DNA of 64,000 nt. It comes from an uncultured Candidatus Saccharibacteria bacterium. Its GTDB lineage: Bacteria; Patescibacteriota; WWE3; 2-01-FULL-39-13. The notes beneath the pieces were generated by a model. It saw only the letters and a list, made by a program, of their open reading frames with translations, was not told the origin of the DNA and ran no database searches. This document shows positions 21,381 through 29,354 of the stretch, piece after piece. The stretch spans positions 35,703-99,702 of the forward strand of contig CAYJKF010000001.1 in the NCBI GenBank assembly GCA_964370865.1. Direction: 5' to 3'. The first letter of the stretch is position 1. Each line of letters begins with the position of its first letter. The position numbers and the translations under genes are program-made.

Positions 21381-23523
21381 ATCCTAACGGTAAACTATTA
21401 TCAGGTTCGCTTGTCTGTCCTCTACTATAAACTTCTGTATGGAATGTTTGATCACCAACATTCCACTTATAATAAGTAGCTGTCTGGCAATCGATTCCAC
21501 AATGGTTTGGTTCTTGGATTGGCCTTTGAATGGCCTGCGACAAATCTATTTCTAAATCATCGTATTCGCACATTCCGGTTCCACCTGTTGGAAGATTATA
21601 TACATCTAAAATACTTCTATGAGGTATGTTCTCAATTTGTACTGTGTAGATGTTATCTGGTTTATAGTCCCCTTTCATTAAATCTAAAATTGCAAAGTGA
21701 CCTGTATAAAAAACATAAGTATGGTTAGGAGTTAATTGTATTGATTCGATTCCATCTCCTGCCCCCGCATCTGTTTTACAAGTCATATTTACTTGGTATG
21801 TAATTTCTTGACCTTTTGGTAAGCGTTTATATATATGTATTTGTGTGTTATCCGGCAAGTCAAAGGATTTTATTAATTCAAAATGTGTGTTTTTACGAGA
21901 CATCATATACATGTTCATCTGCTGTAGAACCTTAAAGTTTCTAAGTCCTTCTGGACCAGGATTTTCTGTAACAAGTACATACCTCACCCCGTTATTATCG
22001 AAGTAATCGAGTATTTCTTGATTTGATGCAAATGGTTCAAATTGAAAATATGGAACAGGCACAAATGCTTTTGTAAACTTTTGCTCTCTTCTTAAGAGCT
22101 CAAAGGTTGCTAGTGAAAAATCTTTTTTATCTAGTAGTGGCGTAACACCAAATCCTTCTTGAAAGTTTCCTGAATCTTCTTTGATGTAATCCCAAATTTC
22201 TTTAACCGGATAATATTTGGCGCTGTATGCATAAAGTTGTGGTTCATAATACCAAACGTCATAGTACTGTCCCGAAAAAACCATTCCGATGTATTTAAGG
22301 TAGTTACTCTGTGGTGTTGCCTGATTAAATGATGTGAAAAAGAATGTAAATGCTAAGTAAGTCAGTAAAACTATGCTTAATATTTTTTGAAATGCTTTTT
22401 GTGATTCCTGTTTTACTTTTCCGATTTGTCCGTAAACAAAATCTACAATTAGATATGCAAATAATGGTGTAAGTGGCATAACATATCTCAGATTTTTATT
22501 ACCGATAACTGTAAATAAAAACATTGGGATGAGGATTGAAGCGAATACAATTATAAAACGTGTTCGTGATTTGAAGAATAAATTTATTAATCCAGCTAAA
22601 GTGAGGATGGATGGAAGTAAGAATATTTGATGTGAAAGTATTCTTTGTGGGTAGTACATTAAGGTTGTTAGGGAGAGCAAATCAGTTGGATCATCGATTT
22701 CTCCTTCTGCAAATATTCTGGAATATTCAATTATTTTTTCGTAGTTGAATATATACCAAGGCATTGCAATCACACAAACTATTAAAAGGAAAATCAGCAT
22801 GTTTATAAAAAATTTCTTGAGTTGTTTTTTGAATTGATATCCCGAGTTCATAACTCCCATTAGGATTGGAGCTATTAAATACAAGAACCCGTACCACTTT
22901 GTAAGCTGGGCAAGTGAAAAGAAAATCGCAAATAATATAACGTATTTTGTGTTAGTGAACGACTTACTTTTTATAAAGCAATAAAGCGCAGATAGTAACA
23001 ATGCAATAAGCGGTAAATCTAAATGAAATACCCTGGACTGCTCATAAATTTGTGGAAGTAAAGAAAATACTAAAGCCGTGTATAAGCCTTTTTTGGAATC
23101 ACCTGTAAGTAAATTGACAACTATATAAATTAATGTAATTGATACGAGGAAAAATATAAGGCTAATAAGTAGTGCTAATTCTGAATAGTAACCGAATATA
23201 AGCATGAAAAATGCTCCTAAAGATTGAATGAAAGGTGGATAATAGTCAGAAGTTTGCAAAAACTGAACAATGTTCATCTCACCCGTCATGAGCATCTTAA
23301 AACTCTCTGCGATATTAAAGCTCATTCCAATATGACCAGCACTATCCCAAGTTTGATTACTTTGATCTAGGACTCTAAAGAACACAAAAACAACTGCATG
23401 AAATATCAGTATTATCGTTAATAGAAGATTATTATTATCTTCTTTATATTTATTTAGGAATTTAGAGAAATTAGAAGTTAAATTTGCTTCATTCATATGT
23501 GATTTTATTCTAGCATTTAACAA
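21373..23523 (-). CDS. GT-C fold membrane glycosyltransferase-like protein (PMT/ArnT-like)
   Basis: A 716-aa protein with an approximately 540-aa polytopic N-terminal region and a C-terminal soluble domain. The topology resembles GT39/GT83 enzymes. No definitive motif was identified. Confidence 0.4.
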   Translation of the reverse strand: MLNARIKSHMNEANLTSNFSKFLNKYKEDNNNLLLTIILIFHAVVFVFFRVLDQSNQTWDSAGHIGMSFNIAESFKMLMTGEMNIVQFLQTSDYYPPFIQSLGAFFMLIFGYYSELALLISLIFFLVSITLIYIVVNLLTGDSKKGLYTALVFSLLPQIYEQSRVFHLDLPLIALLLSALYCFIKSKSFTNTKYVILFAIFFSLAQLTKWYGFLYLIAPILMGVMNSGYQFKKQLKKFFINMLIFLLIVCVIAMPWYIFNYEKIIEYSRIFAEGEIDDPTDLLSLTTLMYYPQRILSHQIFLLPSILTLAGLINLFFKSRTRFIIVFASILIPMFLFTVIGNKNLRYVMPLTPLFAYLIVDFVYGQIGKVKQESQKAFQKILSIVLLTYLAFTFFFTSFNQATPQSNYLKYIGMVFSGQYYDVWYYEPQLYAYSAKYYPVKEIWDYIKEDSGNFQEGFGVTPLLDKKDFSLATFELLRREQKFTKAFVPVPYFQFEPFASNQEILDYFDNNGVRYVLVTENPGPEGLRNFKVLQQMNMYMMSRKNTHFELIKSFDLPDNTQIHIYKRLPKGQEITYQVNMTCKTDAGAGDGIESIQLTPNHTYVFYTGHFAILDLMKGDYKPDNIYTVQIENIPHRSILDVYNLPTGGTGMCEYDDLEIDLSQAIQRPIQEPNHCGIDCQTATYYKWNVGDQTFHTEVYSRGQTSEPDNSLPLGFE

Positions 23524-23557
23524 CCTTCCAAATCAGTTTGAAAGACTCTTAAATGCG

Positions 23558-23640
23558 TGAGGCGGGGTAGAGTGTTTTGAATAGTGTTTTGATTGGAAAA
23601 ATCCCAGTCAAATCTTTTTCGAACACTCTGCCCGCCTCAT
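23558..23640. repeat. Long imperfect inverted repeat (about 18-bp stem with a 45-nt loop) at the left edge of GC-rich patch 1, followed by a second hairpin
   Basis: The arms are tgaggcggggtagagtgtt and aacactctgcccgcctca. The second hairpin, gtagctc...gagctac, lies at about 23650-23682. Confidence 0.5.
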
Positions 23641-23704
23641 TTGTAGCTCCGCTACCTCACGGTATGAGAGCTACTCCCAACGCATCTTGGCCTAGTCGGC
23701 GAGA

Positions 23705-24754
23705 TTAGTCTTCGATGAAGACCTCGCTGACAGTTCTGCTGCCGTTGTCGCTCTCGCGTGTTTTCCACTCAGCGAGTGTTTCGACTGACGGTCGACTTTC
23801 GAACGCGCAAGCGTACATGTGTGCCGTTCCCTCGGAACTATATCCAAGACCTTCGATCTGGACGTTCTGCCCCGGTTGGACAAGCAAGAGAACACGATCT
23901 CCGTACTGAACTTGATTCACACGTGCGGGATCCATCCCTGCCAAGACCCACAGGTCACTGTTGACGACCACCATGTCAGCTTGCGGATTATCGTATCCCA
24001 CAAGGAATGATGTGTCGTCTGGAACACATGTGACTACTGGTACTTCTTCGGTAACTTCAACTGCCGTATCTGCAGGCACCTCGACCGGGATGGTCTCGAT
24101 GACTGTTGAGGTTGTCGCCGCTGTTGCGGTGACGACGGTTGTTGCCACTGTGGCGAGGGCCACGACGGCGCCGGTGCGATGATCCACGACATCCACAACA
24201 TACGATACATTGTCTGACTGTGCCTGACGACGTTGCTCGATTGTGACCGGCGAAAGCATGTTGCTGCATTCGGGATAGGCATTAACGCTACCTGATGGCG
24301 ACAGAAGAGTCACCACGCGATAGGCACCTGGCCCCAAAAGCAGAACAGCAGACTTGCCACTCGACAGAGTAGCTCCGGTTAGCAGATCGTACAAAGTGTA
24401 AGGATCGGTCGTGACGATGCACTCATATGACTGTGGAACAACCATCGTGCCATCGCCGAGAGCCCAACCTGGCATGATTTGGTTTTGACCAAGAGTCGGA
24501 TATGCCGGACTTTTTGGCTCAACCGAAACCAAGACGATAGGAACTGCAGGGACTTCTGCGATGAGGAGAGTATTAGTCTCAACCTCGGACGCCTCAACAA
24601 CAGGCTCACCCTCGACCGGGATGGTCTCGGACTTGACTGTCGTGGCACTGTCACTGGTCGTAACTTGGGCTGGGGCCGAAGCCGGAGCCGGTGTCGCGCA
24701 TGCTGACAGAACCAACAAAACAACAAACAAACTACCTACAAGAAACTTGTTCAT
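23705..24754 (-). CDS. Secreted lipoprotein, hypothetical (GC-rich gene)
   Basis: A signal peptide with a lipobox (LVLSAC). The mature part is rich in V, T, A, P and E. The signal-peptide codons are AT-rich, but the mature part uses GC-ending codons (gtc, acc, ccg, atc). Confidence 0.6.
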   Translation of the reverse strand: MNKFLVGSLFVVLLVLSACATPAPASAPAQVTTSDSATTVKSETIPVEGEPVVEASEVETNTLLIAEVPAVPIVLVSVEPKSPAYPTLGQNQIMPGWALGDGTMVVPQSYECIVTTDPYTLYDLLTGATLSSGKSAVLLLGPGAYRVVTLLSPSGSVNAYPECSNMLSPVTIEQRRQAQSDNVSYVVDVVDHRTGAVVALATVATTVVTATAATTSTVIETIPVEVPADTAVEVTEEVPVVTCVPDDTSFLVGYDNPQADMVVVNSDLWVLAGMDPARVNQVQYGDRVLLLVQPGQNVQIEGLGYSSEGTAHMYACAFESRPSVETLAEWKTRESDNGSRTVSEVFIED

Positions 24755-24971
24755 CTTATTCCTCCTCGGAATTTTACTGCAAGACCTGCAAGGTTGTTGT
24801 TGTAAACACAGAGATGCTGGGGGACAAAAAGACTCTCCAAACTAAATTGAAGCTCCTATTTGTCCGCCAACATTCTTTTATTAAATGCGTTGGGAATGAT
24901 TCATATCTAAGTAATCCTCATCAGCAATAGATGAATCTACAAAAGATAAAATCAAGTTATTTTAAAGTTCA

Positions 24972-25022
24972 ATGGCATGCTATATGCCATCAAATTGAAG
25001 TCAACGAATAAATTCCTTGACT
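24972..25022. promoter_or_regulatory. Perfect palindrome ATGGCAT-N5-ATGCCAT next to copy 1 of the W motif (gtcaacgaataaattccttgact), upstream of the lipoprotein gene
   Basis: Read directly from the sequence. The W motif recurs at 27126-27148 and, in partial form, at 29410-29421. Confidence 0.4.
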
Positions 25023-25124
25023 CATTCAAAGTTTCGATTTCTCGAAAGCTTGAATGATCTGCGGCGGCGTTTATAGGTATTTGTAATTCGAGACAGAGTC
25101 CCTACCGATAAACGTCGCCGCTAG

Positions 25125-25331
25125 TCAGATCAGTGCCAGCCACTCCAGAATCACGATGCTGGCGACTATTACTACTACTAGTACAACGACAGCGAGGACG
25201 ATCTTGACGACCATCCTGGCGACATTCGGCCTCCAAAGTGCTCCTGTAAGGAGCAAGAAAGCCAAAAGACTCGAAGCGAGAATGATACTCGCATTGAGCC
25301 GGAGATACTCAACCATCCAATCTTGATTCAT
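25125..25331 (-). CDS. Small two-TM membrane protein, hypothetical (GC-rich)
   Basis: A 68-aa protein with two hydrophobic helices. It lies downstream of promoter X-A. Confidence 0.45.
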   Translation of the reverse strand: MNQDWMVEYLRLNASIILASSLLAFLLLTGALWRPNVARMVVKIVLAVVVLVVVIVASIVILEWLALI

Positions 25332-25560
25332 GGTCTACTCCCTATTCTGGTAAGTGATTACTGCACGATTGCCGAATGTAAAAGGATTCGACTCCTCTTA
25401 TATCCGACAACCGTTCTGATCTGCTATTTTTTAGTAAATGTGCTCTAGTATTTCTACTAGTTGTGTAAATCAACAAAGGCAATCTTTATTGACTCCTTTA
25501 GAACAAAAAATAATTTTTATCCTAAGGGATAAGGTGGTACTTTCTCTCAAAAGTGTGTCG

Positions 25561-25590
25561 ATTATACTATAGGGCCCCTACTTTTGTCAA
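25561..25590 (-). promoter_or_regulatory. Promoter X-A (cctataggaTTGACA-N18-TATAAT)
   Basis: The reverse complement of 25561-25598 reads cctataggATTGACAaaagtaggggccctatagTATAAT. The CTATAGG/CCTATAG inverted repeat brackets the spacer. Confidence 0.55.
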
Positions 25591-25659
25591 TCCTATAGGT
25601 CGCTTAAATTAAGAATAACCACCTTATATAATGTGCTTCCAACGATTGAAACAATCCTT

Positions 25660-25701
25660 GGATTGTAAAAAGGATCTGTGTCCTGCCCAGTCACAAATCC
25701 T
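25660..25701 (-). terminator. Terminator module Y-A (11-bp stem hairpin plus a U-run on the minus strand), downstream of gene 25851-26900
   Basis: The minus strand reads aaggatttgtg-actgggcagga-cacagatcctt followed by tttacaa. Confidence 0.55.
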
Positions 25702-25850
25702 TATACAAATCATTAATAAGTCTCAACTTACTTTTACCTTCGACTTAGATGTCAAAAACAAAAGTAAATTGGATCCAGAAAGAAATTAAAAAGTGTTGTG
25801 TGCGTGCTTGTTAGCATGCTCTTTTTAATCCTTCCTGGATCCATGGTTGT

Positions 25851-26900
25851 CTAGCGGGCGACGAAGGCGAGGTGAATCTTGTATGGAGAGAAGAAAAACT
25901 TCTGGAAATACATCCGTAGAGGCGACCGATCAGGGTCAAAAACGAGTTCGATTGTCTCAAACTCATACTCAACCACTACTAGGTCAACATCTTGGAAATT
26001 CTTCCAGAACTTTCCATCCACGTATACGTTGACCGACTCGACTTTGCAGCCAAAATTCAACTGTAAGTTGTTTCCATCCATTGTCCACAAGAAATTCGTG
26101 GGATGAGGTGTACTACAACTTGTAGGCGGTGGGGTGACACTGGGTGTCGGGAACACAACGAGTGTTGCAGTTGGCGATGGCGACGGTGTTGAGGTGGGAG
26201 CTGGTTCAATAGACCCAAATAGTTCTTCCCAAGTCAAATAGACCTTGGAATTTTGACCATCTGGATCAATCGCGAGCTCCATATCAACCACAAAATCCGA
26301 TTTGTTCACACGAACGACACCACCAGCCTCACTTCGGACAAATTCACCATCAAGATACAGATTTGCAATTTTGTTGCAGTCCCATCTGATGATGACTTCA
26401 TCCTCTACCACTTCCCATAATGAAAGACATACAACGGGAACCTCGGTTTCCGTTGGTGTTACCGTCATGGTAGAGACTGCTGTTGGTGAAATTGTTGGGT
26501 TGGGTGTCACCGGAACTAGATCCAGAAACAAGTAAACCTGATTGTCAGTCTCGTCTGTCTCAACAATCAAATTGTCTGGATCGAGCACGACTTCCAAACT
26601 TGTTTCTGGGCATCCCCGCACCAACAAAATCTCCGTTGGCGAAACCTCATTTCGACCAATATTTGTGTAATGGTCGAATTCCCCATCAACGTAGATATGA
26701 ACGATGATAGTGGCCTCTATCAATTCTGGGTTCTGAACTGCAAATTCCAAAATGACGAAGCACTGATCATCATGCGAAACAATATTAAACGTCCCGACTG
26801 AAATATTCGGAAGAGTCTCCGCCCGAACAACCGACACGGTCAAGCCTATAACCATAACAAGCGCCATGGCGACCAAGAACAAACTACACATCTTCTTCAT
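25851..26900 (-). CDS. Secreted protein with three internal approximately 100-aa repeats joined by Pro/Thr-rich linkers, hypothetical
   Basis: A signal peptide. The motifs HIYVDGEFDH, LYLDGEFVRSE and NVYVDGKFWKN recur, each followed by a DPD motif. PT-rich linkers separate the repeats. Confidence 0.6.
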   Translation of the reverse strand: MKKMCSLFLVAMALVMVIGLTVSVVRAETLPNISVGTFNIVSHDDQCFVILEFAVQNPELIEATIIVHIYVDGEFDHYTNIGRNEVSPTEILLVRGCPETSLEVVLDPDNLIVETDETDNQVYLFLDLVPVTPNPTISPTAVSTMTVTPTETEVPVVCLSLWEVVEDEVIIRWDCNKIANLYLDGEFVRSEAGGVVRVNKSDFVVDMELAIDPDGQNSKVYLTWEELFGSIEPAPTSTPSPSPTATLVVFPTPSVTPPPTSCSTPHPTNFLWTMDGNNLQLNFGCKVESVNVYVDGKFWKNFQDVDLVVVEYEFETIELVFDPDRSPLRMYFQKFFFSPYKIHLAFVAR

Positions 26901-27145
26901 GTTATCTCCTTGTGATAGTGTTGCGAAACAACCAAATAGAAAGCCATTTAAGCTACCTATTAGGTTGTTCCACAGAAACTAACCAAAGAGAATTTTCCGC
27001 TAGACTATTGTCAATATGAAACATATCCTTCTCCGCTTATGGATTGGAAAATTTCATACTATATTAATGTTCGATGAGTAAACTCATCAATATAAACCTA
27101 AGAAGCAAATTCTTCGGTTCATTCAGTCAACGAATAAATTCCTTG

Positions 27146-27187
27146 ACTTGTAAAAAGGATTCGTGTCCTGCCCAGTCACGAATCCTT
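27146..27187 (-). terminator. Terminator module Y-B (near-identical copy of Y-A), immediately preceded by W motif copy 2
   Basis: The minus strand reads aaggattcgtg-actgggcagga-cacgaatcctt followed by tttacaag. The stem is perfect. Confidence 0.55.
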
Positions 27188-27325
27188 ATACAAAAGTTGC
27201 GAACTGTCTAGTGTACTATTTAATTGTTATAAGTCTAGAGAATATTTTAGGCAGGGCGGGTTGCGATGAATCAGATTTGGGCCTGCGTAAAATAATCCTC
27301 TGTAATTCAATTGCGCGGCAAGTAT
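27150..27325 (-). ncRNA. Candidate approximately 170-nt small transcript or attenuator leader between promoter X-B and terminator Y-B
   Basis: A near-consensus promoter sits at 27321-27349 (minus strand). An intrinsic terminator follows about 130 nt downstream at 27146-27187. No convincing ORF lies between them. The next gene starts about 250 nt beyond the terminator. Confidence 0.35.
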
Positions 27326-27349
27326 ACTATAGGACTATATTTTTGTCAA
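27321..27349 (-). promoter_or_regulatory. Promoter X-B (cctctaggaTTGACA-N17-TATACT)
   Basis: The reverse complement reads cctctaggATTGACAaaaatatagtcctatagTATACT. Confidence 0.5.
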
Positions 27350-27458
27350 TCCTAGAGGTAAACCAATCCGCAGTTTAGAAGCTCAATTACCGCCAAATTC
27401 CTCTGCTATAGGTTTTGACAACATTGGATATTTATGCTAAATTTCAAGCACTAAAACC

Positions 27459-27493
27459 TCCCACGACACCGCAAGGTCTTCGTGGGATTTTTA
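27459..27493 (+). terminator. Intrinsic-terminator-like hairpin (cccacga...tcgtggg followed by ATTTTT)
   Basis: Read directly from the sequence. It may be bidirectional, since an A-tract lies upstream. Confidence 0.5.
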
Positions 27494-27502
27494 TTAAAAT
27501 AA

Positions 27503-28036
27503 ATGCCCAAAACAAGAACAACAATACTAATAGATGGCAGCAACTTCTACTTCAAACTAAAGGAGCTTAAACTTCACAACCTACTGAAATTCAACTTTGC
27601 TGAATTTGCTAGAGACCTGGCGGGAAAAGACCAAATTATCACCACAAACTACTATGTAGGAGCAGTCAAAACTGATGGAACACCAGCTATGCAAAAGAAC
27701 TTCGATAACCAACGTAAACTACTATCCCACCTTAAAAAACAAAAAATTAACTACACACTAGGATATTTATTAAAAACAGACGGAAAATTACACGAAAAAG
27801 GCGTAGATGTGCAGATTGCCGTTGATATTCTCGTCACGGCATATGAGAAAATCGCTGATCATATAATCATAATATCTTCAGATACCGACCTAGAACCAGC
27901 CATAAAGAAAGCCATCTCTAAAGGAGTCACCATAGAATATATTGGCTTTAAACACCAGCCTAGCCTAGCAATGAAGAGATTTTGTAATAAATATAAGTTG
28001 CTAGAGAAAAAGTACCTTAAGAAATATATAAAATAA
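27503..28036 (+). CDS. NYN/LabA-like domain protein (putative RNase)
   Basis: Motifs ILIDGSN, GVDVQIAVDIL and ISSDTDLEPAI are typical of NYN/LabA (DUF88). Confidence 0.7.
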   Translation: MPKTRTTILIDGSNFYFKLKELKLHNLLKFNFAEFARDLAGKDQIITTNYYVGAVKTDGTPAMQKNFDNQRKLLSHLKKQKINYTLGYLLKTDGKLHEKGVDVQIAVDILVTAYEKIADHIIIISSDTDLEPAIKKAISKGVTIEYIGFKHQPSLAMKRFCNKYKLLEKKYLKKYIK

Positions 28037-28039
28037 CAA

Positions 28040-28594
28040 TTAAGATTTCTGAGCAATAAAGCTAAAGAAATGCCAGAACTTAGGTTCATTTTTTTGAGTA
28101 AAACCATACTTCTTAAGCTCAACAAGTTTAATGATATTGAACTTAGATAGTAGCTTACGCACATCCATCTCACTATGAAAAGTAATATTCTGGCTAGTTA
28201 AAGCCCACTCATCTTCAACACCAAAAAATTGACCTACAAAATACCCTCCTAACTCCAGAGAGGCGTGAATATTCTCCAAAAGTACAGAAATAAACCTCGA
28301 ATCCACAAAAGGTAAAACTGCTTGAGCGTTTACAACATCAAACTCCTGAGAACCTAGATTCACATTCTCCGCATAGTCACATATAACTTTTAGATTTGCG
28401 TCCTTAAATCTCGCCATCTTTTCAGTAATAGAAGCCTTATTCTTATCAATTGCCGTCACGGTAAAATCATTATTGAGCAAAAAGAAGGTATCTCGACCAT
28501 CACCACAGCCTATATCCAGAGCATTTCGCCGCGAGAATTTATGCTTAGAAACTGTTTCTACAAGAAAATGGGACGGAATAAGTGAATTTCTCAT
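28040..28594 (-). CDS. TehB-like class I SAM-dependent methyltransferase
   Basis: The SAM-binding motif LDIGCGDGRDT. The ORF in the track extends to 28675, but that extension contains a 15-bp-stem hairpin (28621-28655), so the start at 28594 (MRNSLIPSHF...) is preferred. Confidence 0.65.
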   Translation of the reverse strand: MRNSLIPSHFLVETVSKHKFSRRNALDIGCGDGRDTFFLLNNDFTVTAIDKNKASITEKMARFKDANLKVICDYAENVNLGSQEFDVVNAQAVLPFVDSRFISVLLENIHASLELGGYFVGQFFGVEDEWALTSQNITFHSEMDVRKLLSKFNIIKLVELKKYGFTQKNEPKFWHFFSFIAQKS

Positions 28595-28620
28595 GGCGAT
28601 AAGTACTAAATAAGAACTCT

Positions 28621-28655
28621 GGCCGGGCAGATCGCTAAAAGCGATTTGCCCGGCC
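28621..28655 (-). terminator. Strong hairpin (ggccgggcagatcgc-taaaa-gcgatttgcccggcc), likely the terminator of the upstream GC-rich gene
   Basis: A 15-bp stem with one G-U pair. It lies just 3' of the stop of gene 28695-29354 on the minus strand. Confidence 0.5.
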
Positions 28656-28694
28656 GCGTGGCTGGGTTCAAACAACTAGCTCTGCACCTAGCAA

Positions 28695-29354
28695 CTAAGC
28701 AAGCTGAACCTCAAACTCGGCAGGTCCAAGGTCTACGGTTGTAGGAGCGCAAACACATTTGACAGGTATATCATCTGGAAGCATATAAAAGAGCGAAGAC
28801 TTCTTGCCCTTATCCTTATCTGTTTCCAAGATGCATTTACCTACATCTTCTTTGCACTCTCCACAGTCGCCACATTCACCAGTACACCGACCAGCACCGT
28901 CATCACAAATCGGTGGCTTCAAAATACATGTAGCCATCGAGTAGCCATTCCAGATAGGATGCAAGTCTCCAAAAACCGCCTCGTAGGCATCTTTGAAATT
29001 AACCGCACCATCCGGATCAAGTGGAGCCCTGGCTGTCTTTGGAGCATGATGCAAATAGCCACCATACACACTAAAACAAAAACCAGCATATTCGTTCGTG
29101 AACAAAATATGCGCATGCCAGACCTCGTCAACATCCTTACTGCACATAGACATCCTTGAAGTACCAAGGGCAGCCAAGAAGAGAAACTTACGATACTCGT
29201 CGACCGCATCTGCAACCCTGTCTGCAGACATACCAGTCTCGCTAAGAACCCGGTCAGTAACATCCGAAAGGTCCACTTCGGCAATCTCCGCGAACGCAGG
29301 ATGGTACAACAACTCAGTTCTTTCCTCACATGCCTCACGAAATGCCTTGTACAT
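28695..29354 (-). CDS. GRDP-like (DUF1399-type) domain protein with a Cys-rich C-terminus, hypothetical (GC-rich)
   Basis: The motif DVDEVWHAHILFTNEYAGFC resembles the conserved D-x-D-x-VWH-x-H-x-L block of glycine-rich-domain protein/DUF1399 family members. The C-terminus carries CTGECGDCGECKEDVGKC. Confidence 0.4.
   Translation of the reverse strand: MYKAFREACEERTELLYHPAFAEIAEVDLSDVTDRVLSETGMSADRVADAVDEYRKFLFLAALGTSRMSMCSKDVDEVWHAHILFTNEYAGFCFSVYGGYLHHAPKTARAPLDPDGAVNFKDAYEAVFGDLHPIWNGYSMATCILKPPICDDGAGRCTGECGDCGECKEDVGKCILETDKDKGKKSSLFYMLPDDIPVKCVCAPTTVDLGPAEFEVQLA

Noticed and set aside
23524-23704. tRNA or tmRNA gene acting as an island integration site
   Set aside because: No cloverleaf-compatible sequence is present, and no conserved GTTCGAATC T-loop together with acceptor pairing. 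The hairpins are simple inverted repeats. No integrase is nearby.
23692-24930. Many overlapping 60–115-aa ORFs on both strands (e.g. 24034-24282, 24379-24726, 24561-24845)
   Set aside because: Stop codons are rare in GC-rich DNA. These ORFs are nested inside the coherent 349-aa lipoprotein gene and have Arg/Pro-rich nonsense translations.
25770-25845. Possible mobile-element terminal inverted repeat (tccagaaagaaattaaaaag / ctttttaatccttcctgga with flanking GGATCC sites)
   Set aside because: It lies immediately 3' of gene 25851-26900 and is better explained as a terminator-like stem-loop. No transposase is present.
23650-27450. Diversity-generating retroelement or retron associated with the variable secreted proteins
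   Set aside because: No reverse-transcriptase ORF and no template/variable repeat pair were found in the window.
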